From Candidatus Hydrogenedentota bacterium (GTDB lineage Bacteria > Hydrogenedentota > Hydrogenedentia > Hydrogenedentales > SLHB01), in the NCBI GenBank assembly GCA_963674865.2, contig CAXXYE010000001.1:1-64000 (forward strand): 64,000 bases of DNA. Direction: 5' to 3'. The translations under genes and the position numbers were made by a program. Positions 37,955 to 47,727 of the stretch are shown here, in pieces. A model generated the notes under the pieces. The model was not told where the DNA came from, ran no database searches, and saw only the letters and a program-made list of their open reading frames with translations. How positions within the stretch are numbered: the first letter of the stretch is position 1; each line of letters begins with the position of its first letter.

Positions 37955-39343
37955 CTAGATGTAGTCGGCCGCGGGGCTTGTTTCCGCTCTGAGGATATAA
38001 TCCCGGCGGGGGACAGATGTCTGTTGGGCCAGTCGCTCGCGGTAGTAAGCGTGTTCTATCGACTCGCAGAATCTCTCGACTTCGCCCGCCGGCACCAGAT
38101 TAACCGTACATCCTCCGAAGCCGGCGCCCGTAAGTCGTGCCCCTAAGGCGCCCTCCTGGCGCGCGAGGGCAACGAGAGTATCCAGCTCGGGGCAGCTAAT
38201 CCGGTAGTCCTCGGCGCAGCTCTGATGGGATGCGTTCATCAGCTCACCGAGGGCGGCGGCATCTCCCGCGAGCATCATGTCCCGGGCGCTTTCGACGCGC
38301 CTGTATTCCGTACGTTGGTGGCGGGCGCGCGCCTTTAGGCGAAAGCCCTCCTTTGGCTCCTCGAGATCTTCGAGCCACCGTTCGCGTATTGCCTCGGGAC
38401 TTAGTCCCAAGAACGTCCCCGCCTCGGACAGCGTAGTTGTCTTGCCGGGAAAAGTCTGCTCGAACACGCTTTCGGCCTCTCTATCAGTGAGGCAAAGCAT
38501 CCCGTTCCACAGGGCCCCGAGGCAGTTGATCTCTATTTCGGGATCCCAATGCTCCTGGAGGTGTTTTTCCACCATGGCGCGGATAAGCCGGCAGGTGAGG
38601 GGGCCTTCATTGTAGCGATGGAGCATATTTCCCGATTTCGCGGCTTTGACCAACGAGTTGCAGATCACGATGGCGCCGTCTTGCGGCAGCGACACGCGTT
38701 CGGCCCGCAGGGGGTAGAAGTCGATCTTGCAAGCGGCGCCCTTGTCCCCGAGCAGTATGATGGCCTGGTCCATGCCGCCGCCGCGAGTTCCCACATAGCG
38801 TTCCGCATCCGCCGCCAATTCCGCCAGCTCAAGGCGCGTGATATCACTCTCAAGCGTCTTACCGAGTAGCGCAAGGTACGCGAGCGCGCATGCTACGACG
38901 AGAGCCGATGAAGAGCTCAGGCCGACGGCGGTGGGTATGTCCCCGGCAACGCACATGTCCATGCCCGGGAAGCGCGATACGTCGAAGTGGTGGTTGAGTC
39001 CCTGCACCGCCGCCTTGCAGTAGTTGTCCCATATTCCACCCTCGGACGGGACGATGTCGGGGCCGTTGACAAACTCCCGCTCCGGATAGTCGTGGGTGCT
39101 GCTGCGCAGTCTGATCGTGCTGTCGGGCCGGGGAGCGAAGGCTACGGCAACGTCCCGATCAATTGTCATCGGTAGGACGGGCAGGCCGTTGTAGTCCGTA
39201 TGTTCCCCAATGAGGTTCACCCTGCCGGGGGCACGGCATACGCGGGGGGCGGGTGCGTCCGGAAAGGTGTTGTTGAATGCCGCAATAAGCTTCTCTACAT
39301 CCGTCACGTCGATGCCATCTCTCTGTGTTGTTACTTCACGCAA
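37955..39343 (-). CDS. galK: Galactokinase (GHMP kinase), long form
   Basis: APGRVNLIGEHTDY, GLSSSSA, GGMDQ, GARLTGAGFGGC. Confidence 0.9.
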   Translation of the reverse strand: MREVTTQRDGIDVTDVEKLIAAFNNTFPDAPAPRVCRAPGRVNLIGEHTDYNGLPVLPMTIDRDVAVAFAPRPDSTIRLRSSTHDYPEREFVNGPDIVPSEGGIWDNYCKAAVQGLNHHFDVSRFPGMDMCVAGDIPTAVGLSSSSALVVACALAYLALLGKTLESDITRLELAELAADAERYVGTRGGGMDQAIILLGDKGAACKIDFYPLRAERVSLPQDGAIVICNSLVKAAKSGNMLHRYNEGPLTCRLIRAMVEKHLQEHWDPEIEINCLGALWNGMLCLTDREAESVFEQTFPGKTTTLSEAGTFLGLSPEAIRERWLEDLEEPKEGFRLKARARHQRTEYRRVESARDMMLAGDAAALGELMNASHQSCAEDYRISCPELDTLVALARQEGALGARLTGAGFGGCTVNLVPAGEVERFCESIEHAYYRERLAQQTSVPRRDYILRAETSPAADYI

Positions 39344-39492
39344 TGCTGCAGCCGGTGCGAGCGTCGCGTGATTGTAATGATAGGTATCCTCATCGTCAAC
39401 GCTTGCCGTGATAACTGCGGAACTTGTGGCTGCCGGCGGTGTTTGATCCCATGAAACATATGAGGATGCGTGGCCGAACTAGGAGAAAGATA

Positions 39493-40152
39493 ATGGGTAA
39501 GCACATTGGCGCAGTGGTCGTGATAGTGGCGGCATTGCTTATCTCAGCGGCGGTTGCCGCCGAGAAGCCGAGGGATTCACGGCCTCAGCGTGGAGCGATG
39601 ATGGAGAAAGTCGACGCCAACGGTGACGGCAACGTTACGCTTGAGGAGATCCAGGCGGTGCGTCCCGAGATGACGGCGGAGAAGTTCAAGCGCCTTGATC
39701 GCAATGGCGACGGTGTTCTCAACAAGGACGATCGTCCCCAAGAGCCGCGGGGCCGCCGCGCGGGACGGCCGGGCGAGGGACGGCCGCAGCTGCAAATGCT
39801 ACTCAAGAAGGCCGACGCGAACAAAGACGGCAGTGTTACGCTTGAGGAGATCCAGGCGGTACGTCCGGAGATGACGGCGGAGCGATTTGCCCACCTCGAC
39901 CTGAACCATGATGGCGTGGTTAACAAGGGCGATCGGCCCGAGGAAGGCAAGAGGGCCGCTCCATCTCGTTCCGCGGGCGCTTTGCCCCCGATGATGGACA
40001 TGCTTAAGGACGCCGATGCCAACGCCGATGGCGCGGTCACCCTCCAGGAATTACAGGCGGCTGTCTTGAAGCGGACGGCGGAACGATTCACCCGGCTTGA
40101 CCGCAACGGAGACGGTGTGATCTCCCAGGCCGACCGAAATGTGAAGAACTAG
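39493..40152 (+). CDS. Secreted EF-hand repeat protein
   Basis: Signal peptide; six DxNxDG motifs in three pairs. Confidence 0.88.
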   Translation: MGKHIGAVVVIVAALLISAAVAAEKPRDSRPQRGAMMEKVDANGDGNVTLEEIQAVRPEMTAEKFKRLDRNGDGVLNKDDRPQEPRGRRAGRPGEGRPQLQMLLKKADANKDGSVTLEEIQAVRPEMTAERFAHLDLNHDGVVNKGDRPEEGKRAAPSRSAGALPPMMDMLKDADANADGAVTLQELQAAVLKRTAERFTRLDRNGDGVISQADRNVKN

Positions 40153-40173
40153 AAGTTCCGAGCAATCGAGTAG

Positions 40174-40208
40174 AAGGCCTCCACGGCCCCCAGTGGCCGT
40201 GGGGGCCT
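40174..40208. terminator. GC-rich hairpin after the EF-hand gene
   Basis: GGCCTCCACGGCC/GGCCGTGGGGGCC stem; no strong U-tract. Confidence 0.5.
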
Positions 40209-40392
40209 CGTGCTGCGTCTTTGTCTACTCCCTATGGCCTCGTGGGGGATTCGCCAAATCGGCGTGGCACTTTTCGCTCGCTTCGGGCATCATATTTGTG
40301 AGGACGATCCTCCATCAGCTCATGGAGTCTGTTCGGTTGGGGCCCGGGGACGCTCTTGCGAGTGGACTCACCGGCTCAACGGGAGGGATGTG

Positions 40393-41730
40393 ATGATGAA
40401 GCGCCACGCATGGGTTCTGGTTGTCGCGACACTTCTTCTCAGCCTTACCGGCTGTTGGGAGCGGCTGTCCTGGAGTCCCAACGGCCGTTACCTTGCCTTC
40501 ATCGGCCCCGATGATGGCGCCATCTGGCTTTGGGACACGAGAGAGGGCGAGGCATCACCGCTCGAGGGCGATGCTTTGCAGAACGTTTGGCACTGCCAGT
40601 TTTTCAGCAATCGGGGACTTGTCTACTTCCCGCAGCGGGAAGGCGGTAGCGACAAGTGGGACCTTTGGCTGTGCCGGGGACGAGAGCGGAGAACCGAACT
40701 TGTCGCGGTGAACTCAAGTCCTTCGCAGTGCTGCGTTTCGGCGGATGGCAAGTATCTCTATTACATCACCCACGACGAGTCTGGGGGAACTCCGGCGAGG
40801 TACGTGTTGACCGCGCGGGGACTGGGGCCGTTTGGGGGAACAAAGACGGTTTACGAATCTGAAAAGGAGTTTGGTTATCCGAATGTCAGTCGCTCAGGCT
40901 CGCGGATTGTGTTCTGCGGACAGGTTGAAGACAAAGTGGGAATCCACGTTCTGGAGCGGGGGAGCAGCCGCACTTGGTGTGCCGTTCCCGGTGTTTCCGA
41001 CGAAGAGTACTCCTGGCCCATGTGGGTGGCGAGGGATACGATCATCTTCCTTCGGAAAGTGCAGGGCGATGATGACCAGGTCGCGCGGCTGATGATCGGC
41101 GACGTGCAAAAAGGAACGGCCAGGGAGCTCTGTGAGGGGGTGAACATTTGGGATGTGCCGTCGGTCAACGCCGAGCGCACCGAGGCCGCGGTTATGGCCT
41201 TTGTCGGAGGTGCCGAGGAGGATGCTTCCACGGGCGATGCGTACAACTGGCAGGTGGTATCCGTGAATCTCAAGACCGGCGAGAAGCGGATCCTCACGGA
41301 TGAGCCCTTGGGCGCGGGGCTCAGCGCGTACAATCCCAAGGCCAACAAGATCGCGTATATGACGCCGCCGGACTTCGAATGCGACTTTGCCACGTATCGC
41401 ATTTTGGACCTCGACTCGGGCGTCACCATGATGATCCATCGCGGGGCAGAGGAGCAGCTTCTTGCCACGGCGCTTCAATTAGAGGAGGACGGCGACTTCG
41501 AACGCGCCGTCGCCGCCTACGACAGGCTTGTGAAGCAGTATCCGGATTCGCGATTTGCGGAAGCGGCCGGGCTCTATGCCTTCGTATTGCGCCTGCGCTA
41601 CCCGGAGTTGGGATTGGAGCCTGTTCTGAGCGCCTTGCCGCACATGAATCTCGATGAGTTGCGGCCCAGGGAACGCGTCCTTGCACAACGCCTGCTGGAT
41701 GAGGTCGCACAGGATTCTTCCGGGAACTAA
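40393..41730 (+). CDS. TolB-like beta-propeller lipoprotein with C-terminal TPR
   Basis: Lipobox LTGC; SWSPNGRYLAF, SADGKYLYY; YDRLVKQYPDSRFA. Confidence 0.75.
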   Translation: MMKRHAWVLVVATLLLSLTGCWERLSWSPNGRYLAFIGPDDGAIWLWDTREGEASPLEGDALQNVWHCQFFSNRGLVYFPQREGGSDKWDLWLCRGRERRTELVAVNSSPSQCCVSADGKYLYYITHDESGGTPARYVLTARGLGPFGGTKTVYESEKEFGYPNVSRSGSRIVFCGQVEDKVGIHVLERGSSRTWCAVPGVSDEEYSWPMWVARDTIIFLRKVQGDDDQVARLMIGDVQKGTARELCEGVNIWDVPSVNAERTEAAVMAFVGGAEEDASTGDAYNWQVVSVNLKTGEKRILTDEPLGAGLSAYNPKANKIAYMTPPDFECDFATYRILDLDSGVTMMIHRGAEEQLLATALQLEEDGDFERAVAAYDRLVKQYPDSRFAEAAGLYAFVLRLRYPELGLEPVLSALPHMNLDELRPRERVLAQRLLDEVAQDSSGN

Positions 41731-41767
41731 CCGCCCCCTCAAGCACAAGCGGGGGTGGGTGAAGCCG

Positions 41768-42865
41768 TTAGCGGCTCCCTTCGGGGCTGGCGGGGGGCGG
41801 GGGGACTCTGTCCTGGGCGCGGGCGCTTTCGCGGGTCAACTCGATAAGGCCCATCTTCTCCCGCACGAGGCAATAGACCCCCATGGCCGCCAAGGGGATG
41901 AAGTTGAGGAGGTGCAGCATGATGGCCGCGGCCTTTGCCTCGTCGGGGCTCGTCTCTGGACTGAGGATCAGGACGGCCAGGACGATGGGGATGTGAAACT
42001 GCCCGATCAGTCCAGGGGCGCCGGGCACGCTCACGAATACCGCCAACAGGGCCTGCATCACGAAGGGGCCGTACCAGGGGGACTCGATGTCGAATGCGAA
42101 GAACAGGAACAGGGCCGCCACGAGGAACATGGCCCACGTAATGAAGCTGAAAGCCACGGACTTGGCCATGTCCGCGGCCGAGCGGAAGACGTGGAGACCC
42201 GCGGCGAAATGCTCGAGGATCTGACGGATGCGGCGGGCCAAGCCCGTTGACACGAGGCCGACGCATCTGTCGGATGCTCGGAAGACGAACGCCTGGTTGA
42301 CGTAGAGCAGGACCAGCACCGTGAGTACGGCAGCGAGGAACAGCGCCGTGCCTGCGGCCCCCGTGCGGAAGAGGCTGGTTTCAAAGGAAATCGGGGCCGC
42401 CGTGCGGAAGGTCTCGGCGGGGATCTGCACCTTGCCCGTCGCGGGGAGCGCGACGGCGGCGATGACGATGATAGGTATCAGGCTGACCAAGTCCGCCACG
42501 CGGTCGAGGGCGTTAAGGGCGAGGCACTGGGAAAAGGGGATCTTTGCGAGCCGGGCCAGCACCAGCGGCCGGACGGCCTCGCCAATTCGGGCCGGCAGCG
42601 TGAAATTCGCCAGGAAGCCGATCTGGGTGGCGCTGAACATGTGGCGAAAACTGACGGGTTTGGCCGCGCGGACGATGTAGCTCCACCGCTGGATGCGCGT
42701 GATGAAGCTGAGAATGATGGGGATTTCCATGAGCAGCAGCCAGCCAAGGTGGGCCTGGCGCACGGCGCCGTATACGCGGTCCCAATCGGTGCCGCGAAAC
42801 AAGAGCCAGACGAGGAGTGCCCCAATGGCGAAACTGGCAATAGTCCAAATTAATCGCTTCATCAT
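41768..42865 (-). CDS. Lysylphosphatidylglycerol synthase TM-domain (flippase-like) membrane protein
   Basis: RIQRW, IGFLANFTLPARIGE..RP, DRVAD, PGAPGLIGQFH. Confidence 0.85.
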   Translation of the reverse strand: MMKRLIWTIASFAIGALLVWLLFRGTDWDRVYGAVRQAHLGWLLLMEIPIILSFITRIQRWSYIVRAAKPVSFRHMFSATQIGFLANFTLPARIGEAVRPLVLARLAKIPFSQCLALNALDRVADLVSLIPIIVIAAVALPATGKVQIPAETFRTAAPISFETSLFRTGAAGTALFLAAVLTVLVLLYVNQAFVFRASDRCVGLVSTGLARRIRQILEHFAAGLHVFRSAADMAKSVAFSFITWAMFLVAALFLFFAFDIESPWYGPFVMQALLAVFVSVPGAPGLIGQFHIPIVLAVLILSPETSPDEAKAAAIMLHLLNFIPLAAMGVYCLVREKMGLIELTRESARAQDRVPPPPASPEGSR

Positions 42866-42940
42866 TCCCCACAGCGTTTCAAAGGGCGGGATTATAGCAC
42901 AGGCCGGATTTCGGCCATGCGGGCGTCGACTACCTCATGG

Positions 42941-43432
42941 TTAGCCCGAGTACCGGCCCTTAGGTGTAGGACTGAGGCGGCGGGTGTTCTCGAGTCGCCG
43001 CTTCTCTTCCATTGCCGATACCACCCCCGACGCCCGCTGCGGGACCTTTGGTGTGTACGCGGCCGGCTTTGCCTTACGCTCGAGCGCCTCGACGGCCCGG
43101 CTGAACTCCTTATGGAGTTCGAGGCGGCAGTCAAGGCAGAACTCCGCGCCCATCTGCGCCATGCGGCGGTGGCAGCGTGAGCAGATGGCCCGTGTATCGA
43201 CGACACGGCGCAGACTGGGGAAGTCTTCGATGATATTGCGTATCTCATCCGGCGTGAGGCCCGTATGGGCGGCGATGTCATCAATCGTCACCGCGTCCCC
43301 GAACTCGATGGATTCATGTACACGATCTACGTGGGCCATGTACTCATCGACGCAAGCGACGCACCGGGTCTTCCCAGGCTCATAGGGAAATAACCTGCCG
43401 CATCCGGCGCAAGCTACAATCTCACTCGCCAC
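42941..43432 (-). CDS. YvyF-like zinc-finger/HTH flagellar-operon protein
   Basis: CAGCGRLF...CVAC, TIDDIAAHTGLT HTH, CSRC...CLDC. Confidence 0.6.
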   Translation of the reverse strand: MASEIVACAGCGRLFPYEPGKTRCVACVDEYMAHVDRVHESIEFGDAVTIDDIAAHTGLTPDEIRNIIEDFPSLRRVVDTRAICSRCHRRMAQMGAEFCLDCRLELHKEFSRAVEALERKAKPAAYTPKVPQRASGVVSAMEEKRRLENTRRLSPTPKGRYSG

Positions 43433-44024
43433 CTTTGCTCAACTCCTTCGCTAATGCGTCCGCACGGGCGTGCAATTCCTGCAGAGTACCCTTGTTCTCG
43501 ATCACATAGTCCGCCAGCGGGACCTTCTTCTCCGGAGGCGTCTGGGCGTCAATTCGTCGGTTCGCTTCCTCTTCCGTCAGGCCACGCTGAACCATGAGCC
43601 TGCGTAGCCGGATGTCCCGTGCGCACGCTACTACGATCAGGCCGTCCAGGCACAACTCCCTCTGGCCGTCCTCAGCGATCAACGCCGCGTCCACGACCGC
43701 GAGGCCATGTCCCTCATCGGCCAAGGCCGCACACCGGGCGTGGATCTCACTTCGGATGGCCGGATGCACAATGGCGTTCAACCGGTTGCGGGCATCTGCA
43801 TCCGTGAACACGATCCTCCCCAGTTTCTCTCGATCAATTCTACCACACGAGAGAATCCTGTCCCCGAAGGCGTTGCGAACCGCGTCGACGGCAGCCCCCC
43901 CCGGCGCGATAAGCGCATGGCCGATTCTGTCGGCGTCGACCACGGGAATCCCGGTAGCGAGAAAACGTTCGGCTACCTCTGTCTTCCCGCTCCCCGTTCC
44001 GCCAGTTAGGCCGTAGATGCGCAT
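43422..44024 (-). CDS. coaE: Dephospho-CoA kinase
   Basis: GLTGGTGSGK, VDAD, IDREKLG.IVF, LNAIVHP, RIDAQ. Confidence 0.95.
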   Translation of the reverse strand: MRIYGLTGGTGSGKTEVAERFLATGIPVVDADRIGHALIAPGGAAVDAVRNAFGDRILSCGRIDREKLGRIVFTDADARNRLNAIVHPAIRSEIHARCAALADEGHGLAVVDAALIAEDGQRELCLDGLIVVACARDIRLRRLMVQRGLTEEEANRRIDAQTPPEKKVPLADYVIENKGTLQELHARADALAKELSKGGE

Positions 44025-44219
44025 GTATCCACCTCCTATAGCCCTCCCAGAACTGATTCTGCGTCTGTGTGCTCTCGCACCTCACGGCCGCTGCGCGAGC
44101 GTAGCATGCACCATTCCAGAGGCACAACTTGCAGCCCACAGGCGGGTTGACATCGCGGCGTATCGGTGAGAAGAATAAGAGCGAGAACGTTGAGGCGCAA
44201 TGCAGGCTGGCAAGACGAT

Positions 44220-45017
44220 ATGAATCCCTTGGACGAATCGCGGCCGCTTACCATCGGTGTGGTGCCCGATCTCTATACGCGCCCTCTATGGGTGAGTCTC
44301 AAAGAGACGCTGAATGTCGCCGTCGAGCCGGGGCCCGCCGCCGACCTCGCCGAGCGATTGCGGGGCGGCCAGCTCGACGGCGCGCTATTGCCGGTGCTTG
44401 ACTGCGCGCGAATGCCCCTGGCACGCGCTATTCCCGGCCTTGGAGTCTGCACGGATGGCCCTTCGTCGGGCGATGCCTTGTTTGCGAAAGTGAATCCTGA
44501 CTCTCTGCGCCGCGTGGCCGTTTCGCCGCACGACTCCGGGCGAGTGGCCCTTGCCCAGGTATTGCTCGCGGAGCGCTTCGGCCTGACGCCGGAGTACATC
44601 CCCGTGCCATCGGCGCAATACGGCCGCGATGATGCCGATGGAGTCATCTGCTCCGGCGATGTCCTGTTGGGCGAGGTAAATCTCTATCCCCATCGCTTCG
44701 ATCTTGGTGCATGGTGGCAGGAACTCACGGGATTGCCCTTCGTTCACTTCTTGTGGATTGGGACGGTGCTCGCGCCGCTGGCACGCCTAAGGCGTGTCCT
44801 TGCCCTTGCCTTGCGAGCGAGCCAAGGGAACCGAGCTGCCCTCGTGACTTCAGCCGCTGCCGAATACGAAATGAGCCCTGAGGCCGTCGAGGAATACCTC
44901 TCGAAGGCGGCATACCACTCGGTAGGTTCAGCGGAAATGGACGGCCTGAGAGTCTTCCTCGAGTTGGCCCGGAAGCACCGCCTTTGCGCCGCCGAAGCGA
45001 ACATCGCGTTCTGCTGA
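44220..45017 (+). CDS. MqnA/MqnD-family protein (chorismate dehydratase-like, divergent)
   Basis: DLGAWWQELTGLPFVHFLW; GD motif; overall length. Confidence 0.75.
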   Translation: MNPLDESRPLTIGVVPDLYTRPLWVSLKETLNVAVEPGPAADLAERLRGGQLDGALLPVLDCARMPLARAIPGLGVCTDGPSSGDALFAKVNPDSLRRVAVSPHDSGRVALAQVLLAERFGLTPEYIPVPSAQYGRDDADGVICSGDVLLGEVNLYPHRFDLGAWWQELTGLPFVHFLWIGTVLAPLARLRRVLALALRASQGNRAALVTSAAAEYEMSPEAVEEYLSKAAYHSVGSAEMDGLRVFLELARKHRLCAAEANIAFC

Positions 45018-45055
45018 CGGTGACATTGCGGGGCTGTCTGCGAGGTCGACGTACG

Positions 45056-47674
45056 CTACGCCTGAGTCGACGCTTCGCGGAGCGTGACGGCGAGGCGTCC
45101 ACGCACGATGATCGGCTTCTGCGGGCGGATTTGGACTAGGCGTTCGGGACCCGCCTGTGCCATGGTACACGCTACACGCTCCTCGCCGTTTTCGGTGACG
45201 CACGACGCGGCCACTTTCTGCACGTGCTCAGGCACCCGTAGTATCAAGACCTTGATGAGAATGGGGCTATCGAGGGAGACCTGCACCTCTTGCCGGTAGG
45301 GGCCCTCGGCGGTTTCGACAAAGCGGAGCCAGCCCTGGCAGACGGGGGTGAAGAGCGGCACGTTCAGCGAGAAGACCCCACGCGGCAAGTGAGGCCTTAT
45401 CCACAGAATCTGATCGGGAACATTCAATTGGAATCCCGCTAGCGCGTATAGGAGATGCCATACCGAGAGCGAACTCGTGTGCCTTTCCAGGAAGTCGCTT
45501 TCTTCGCCTTCCGGCGCCGTATCCCACCACAGGGGCTGATTGAACGACCTGCCCCGGGCAACATGGATGTGCTCGTACATTTTCTGGATGGCGCGGAGTC
45601 CGCGGTCGGCCTGGCCATGGGCGATCTGAAGGCAGGCGTAATGGGCTAAGGCCAAGCCGTGCCAGCATTTCTCGACGTTGGGCTTCTCGGCGATGGAAGG
45701 CGGGTTCACGCACGCCGACCCGTCCGGCATATAAGCCTCGGAGACGCCCCACGGCTTCTCGTTCGACCAGAAGAGGGCGTCAAGCGCCGCCTTCACCTGC
45801 TCCTCGGGGAACAGCTCGCCCAACATGAGGAAGTCCGCGTACCACTGTCCCGCGAGTTGCCCACTGTGGCAGCCTTCGTGCAGGACCTCGTGATCGGCGC
45901 CCGCAGCCTTCTCATCATGGTACACGCGATAGAATTTCCCCGGCGCATTCCACAAGTGTTTGTCAAAGCTCTTCAACGCTTTCTGAAGGATGCGGCTGTA
46001 CTTCTCCGCCTCCTCGACGCGGTTGAGCCGGGCAGCCAGGCGAATGTACGCCCGCAGCGCCGCGATCCACAAACTTGAGGAATAGCTGTTCGCGCCGTAC
46101 AAGGCCCACCGATCAAACGTGCTGCTGCAGCCATCGTGCTCGGGCAGGCCGTCGCCGTCACGATCTTTGCCGGCCATGTATTCCATGGCCTTCCGAGCCT
46201 TGGGAAGGACTTGATCCAACGCGTGCCGGAAGCCCGTCATCTGGTAATTCCGGTAGGCCATGAGAACGAACTTCGGGCAGAGGTCCACGAGGTCGGCGCC
46301 CGTGTCGCCACGGGACGGCCGGTGGAAGCACAAGCGCCCCAGCGTGCGGTAGACACGCCCGGGATGCTCGGGATCTTCCGCGTTTGCGAACGCCGCGAGC
46401 GCTCGCGTTTCGAGTTGTGGATACAGCAAGAGCAGGCCGATAGAACTGTAGAATCGCCTATCCAACATGCCCATACCGGGGGAGGCCGGAGAGTCGAACA
46501 TAGCGAACTTGCCGTCTCTCGTCAGCACGCCATTAGTGGACAGTACGCAGTTGTTGTTGATCAGCATGCGGCTGACCCATCGCGGCAATGAGGAGCGGAG
46601 CAGGCGCGTCTGCCACGCTGCAATGGCACGGAAGAAGTAGAGGTGGTTCTTGAGCGTGTGCTGGGCCACTTCGACCGCGCTGCGGAACGTGTTGGTGTAT
46701 CCATTGCCCATGTCGACGCCTTCCACCTCGAAGCGGGGGCAGTACCAGGCAAGGACGTACACGACGCGGCGCTTCTGTTTGGGCGCAAGCTCGAAGCCTT
46801 GGCAGACGGCGCCGCTGCGGGCCGCCGGCTCGTCCGTGAGCCGGCCGTCCAGGCGCCCCTCATCATGGAAACTCGTCCAGAACGCCTCGATCTGAGCCGG
46901 ATCGCGCTCATTCCAGTTGGCTACGGACATTTGGACGCCCGGCTGGAGTTGGCCCATGAGGCAATAATGCCCGTGGGCATTGGTTAGAGGCTTCTCTTTC
47001 GATCCGAACTCGAGTCCCAAGCAGCGCGGGCCATCCGGCTTCGGTTCCCACTCATCGTTGAAGGCGTCTTCCGCGCTCATTTCCGGGCGCCCCGCTTCCT
47101 TGGGCTCCGGTGCGTTGCGGATGGCCTGGATGATGCCGCGCTTCTCCGGGGAGGAGTCGCGTGTGCAGCCGTTGATGTTCTCCCAGTTGAAGAGGGTGGC
47201 AATCTCGAGCGTTCTGTCCGTCGTGTTGTGGACATCAAACGCGAGCAGCATAACGGGAAGCGTGGAAGCCTCGAGATCGTAAGGGACAATGGGGGCTGCG
47301 GCGACCCACTTTACCTCCGCGGGGCACTTCGGATCATTGAGCCGATACTCCGCGCAGGGATAGAGACCTCTCCATGACAGATGCTCCTTGGCCGCGTGGG
47401 AGGCGAGCATGCCGGCTTCTTGAAAGGCGGGAGGCGAACCGACCTGTAGGAGCCGGGCGTACACCCGGCCGCGCTCCGCGACACGGAGGCCGAGGAAGGC
47501 CCCTTCCAACAGGGGGAGCCGCTCCTCGCTGGTGCGGTTATTGTTGATGGTGACGTTGCGGAAGCGCCCGTCCGAGCCCATCTCGATGCATCCGGTGCCG
47601 ATGCCGCCCACGGGAACTCCCGCCGGGTGAAGGCGGTCTTGGGGCGTTTCTCGTGTCGTTCTACGCTTGCTCAC
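45056..47674 (-). CDS. GH116 (non-lysosomal glucosylceramidase-like) protein, degenerate active site
   Basis: GVPVGGIGTG, DLCPKFVL, DRDGDGLP, QLAGQWYA. Confidence 0.85.
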   Translation of the reverse strand: MSKRRTTRETPQDRLHPAGVPVGGIGTGCIEMGSDGRFRNVTINNNRTSEERLPLLEGAFLGLRVAERGRVYARLLQVGSPPAFQEAGMLASHAAKEHLSWRGLYPCAEYRLNDPKCPAEVKWVAAAPIVPYDLEASTLPVMLLAFDVHNTTDRTLEIATLFNWENINGCTRDSSPEKRGIIQAIRNAPEPKEAGRPEMSAEDAFNDEWEPKPDGPRCLGLEFGSKEKPLTNAHGHYCLMGQLQPGVQMSVANWNERDPAQIEAFWTSFHDEGRLDGRLTDEPAARSGAVCQGFELAPKQKRRVVYVLAWYCPRFEVEGVDMGNGYTNTFRSAVEVAQHTLKNHLYFFRAIAAWQTRLLRSSLPRWVSRMLINNNCVLSTNGVLTRDGKFAMFDSPASPGMGMLDRRFYSSIGLLLLYPQLETRALAAFANAEDPEHPGRVYRTLGRLCFHRPSRGDTGADLVDLCPKFVLMAYRNYQMTGFRHALDQVLPKARKAMEYMAGKDRDGDGLPEHDGCSSTFDRWALYGANSYSSSLWIAALRAYIRLAARLNRVEEAEKYSRILQKALKSFDKHLWNAPGKFYRVYHDEKAAGADHEVLHEGCHSGQLAGQWYADFLMLGELFPEEQVKAALDALFWSNEKPWGVSEAYMPDGSACVNPPSIAEKPNVEKCWHGLALAHYACLQIAHGQADRGLRAIQKMYEHIHVARGRSFNQPLWWDTAPEGEESDFLERHTSSLSVWHLLYALAGFQLNVPDQILWIRPHLPRGVFSLNVPLFTPVCQGWLRFVETAEGPYRQEVQVSLDSPILIKVLILRVPEHVQKVAASCVTENGEERVACTMAQAGPERLVQIRPQKPIIVRGRLAVTLREASTQA

Positions 47675-47727
47675 TGCATTGCCTGAAGGGTACGCTCCCT
47701 GACGGTGTGTCCGGAATGCGCCGGTGC

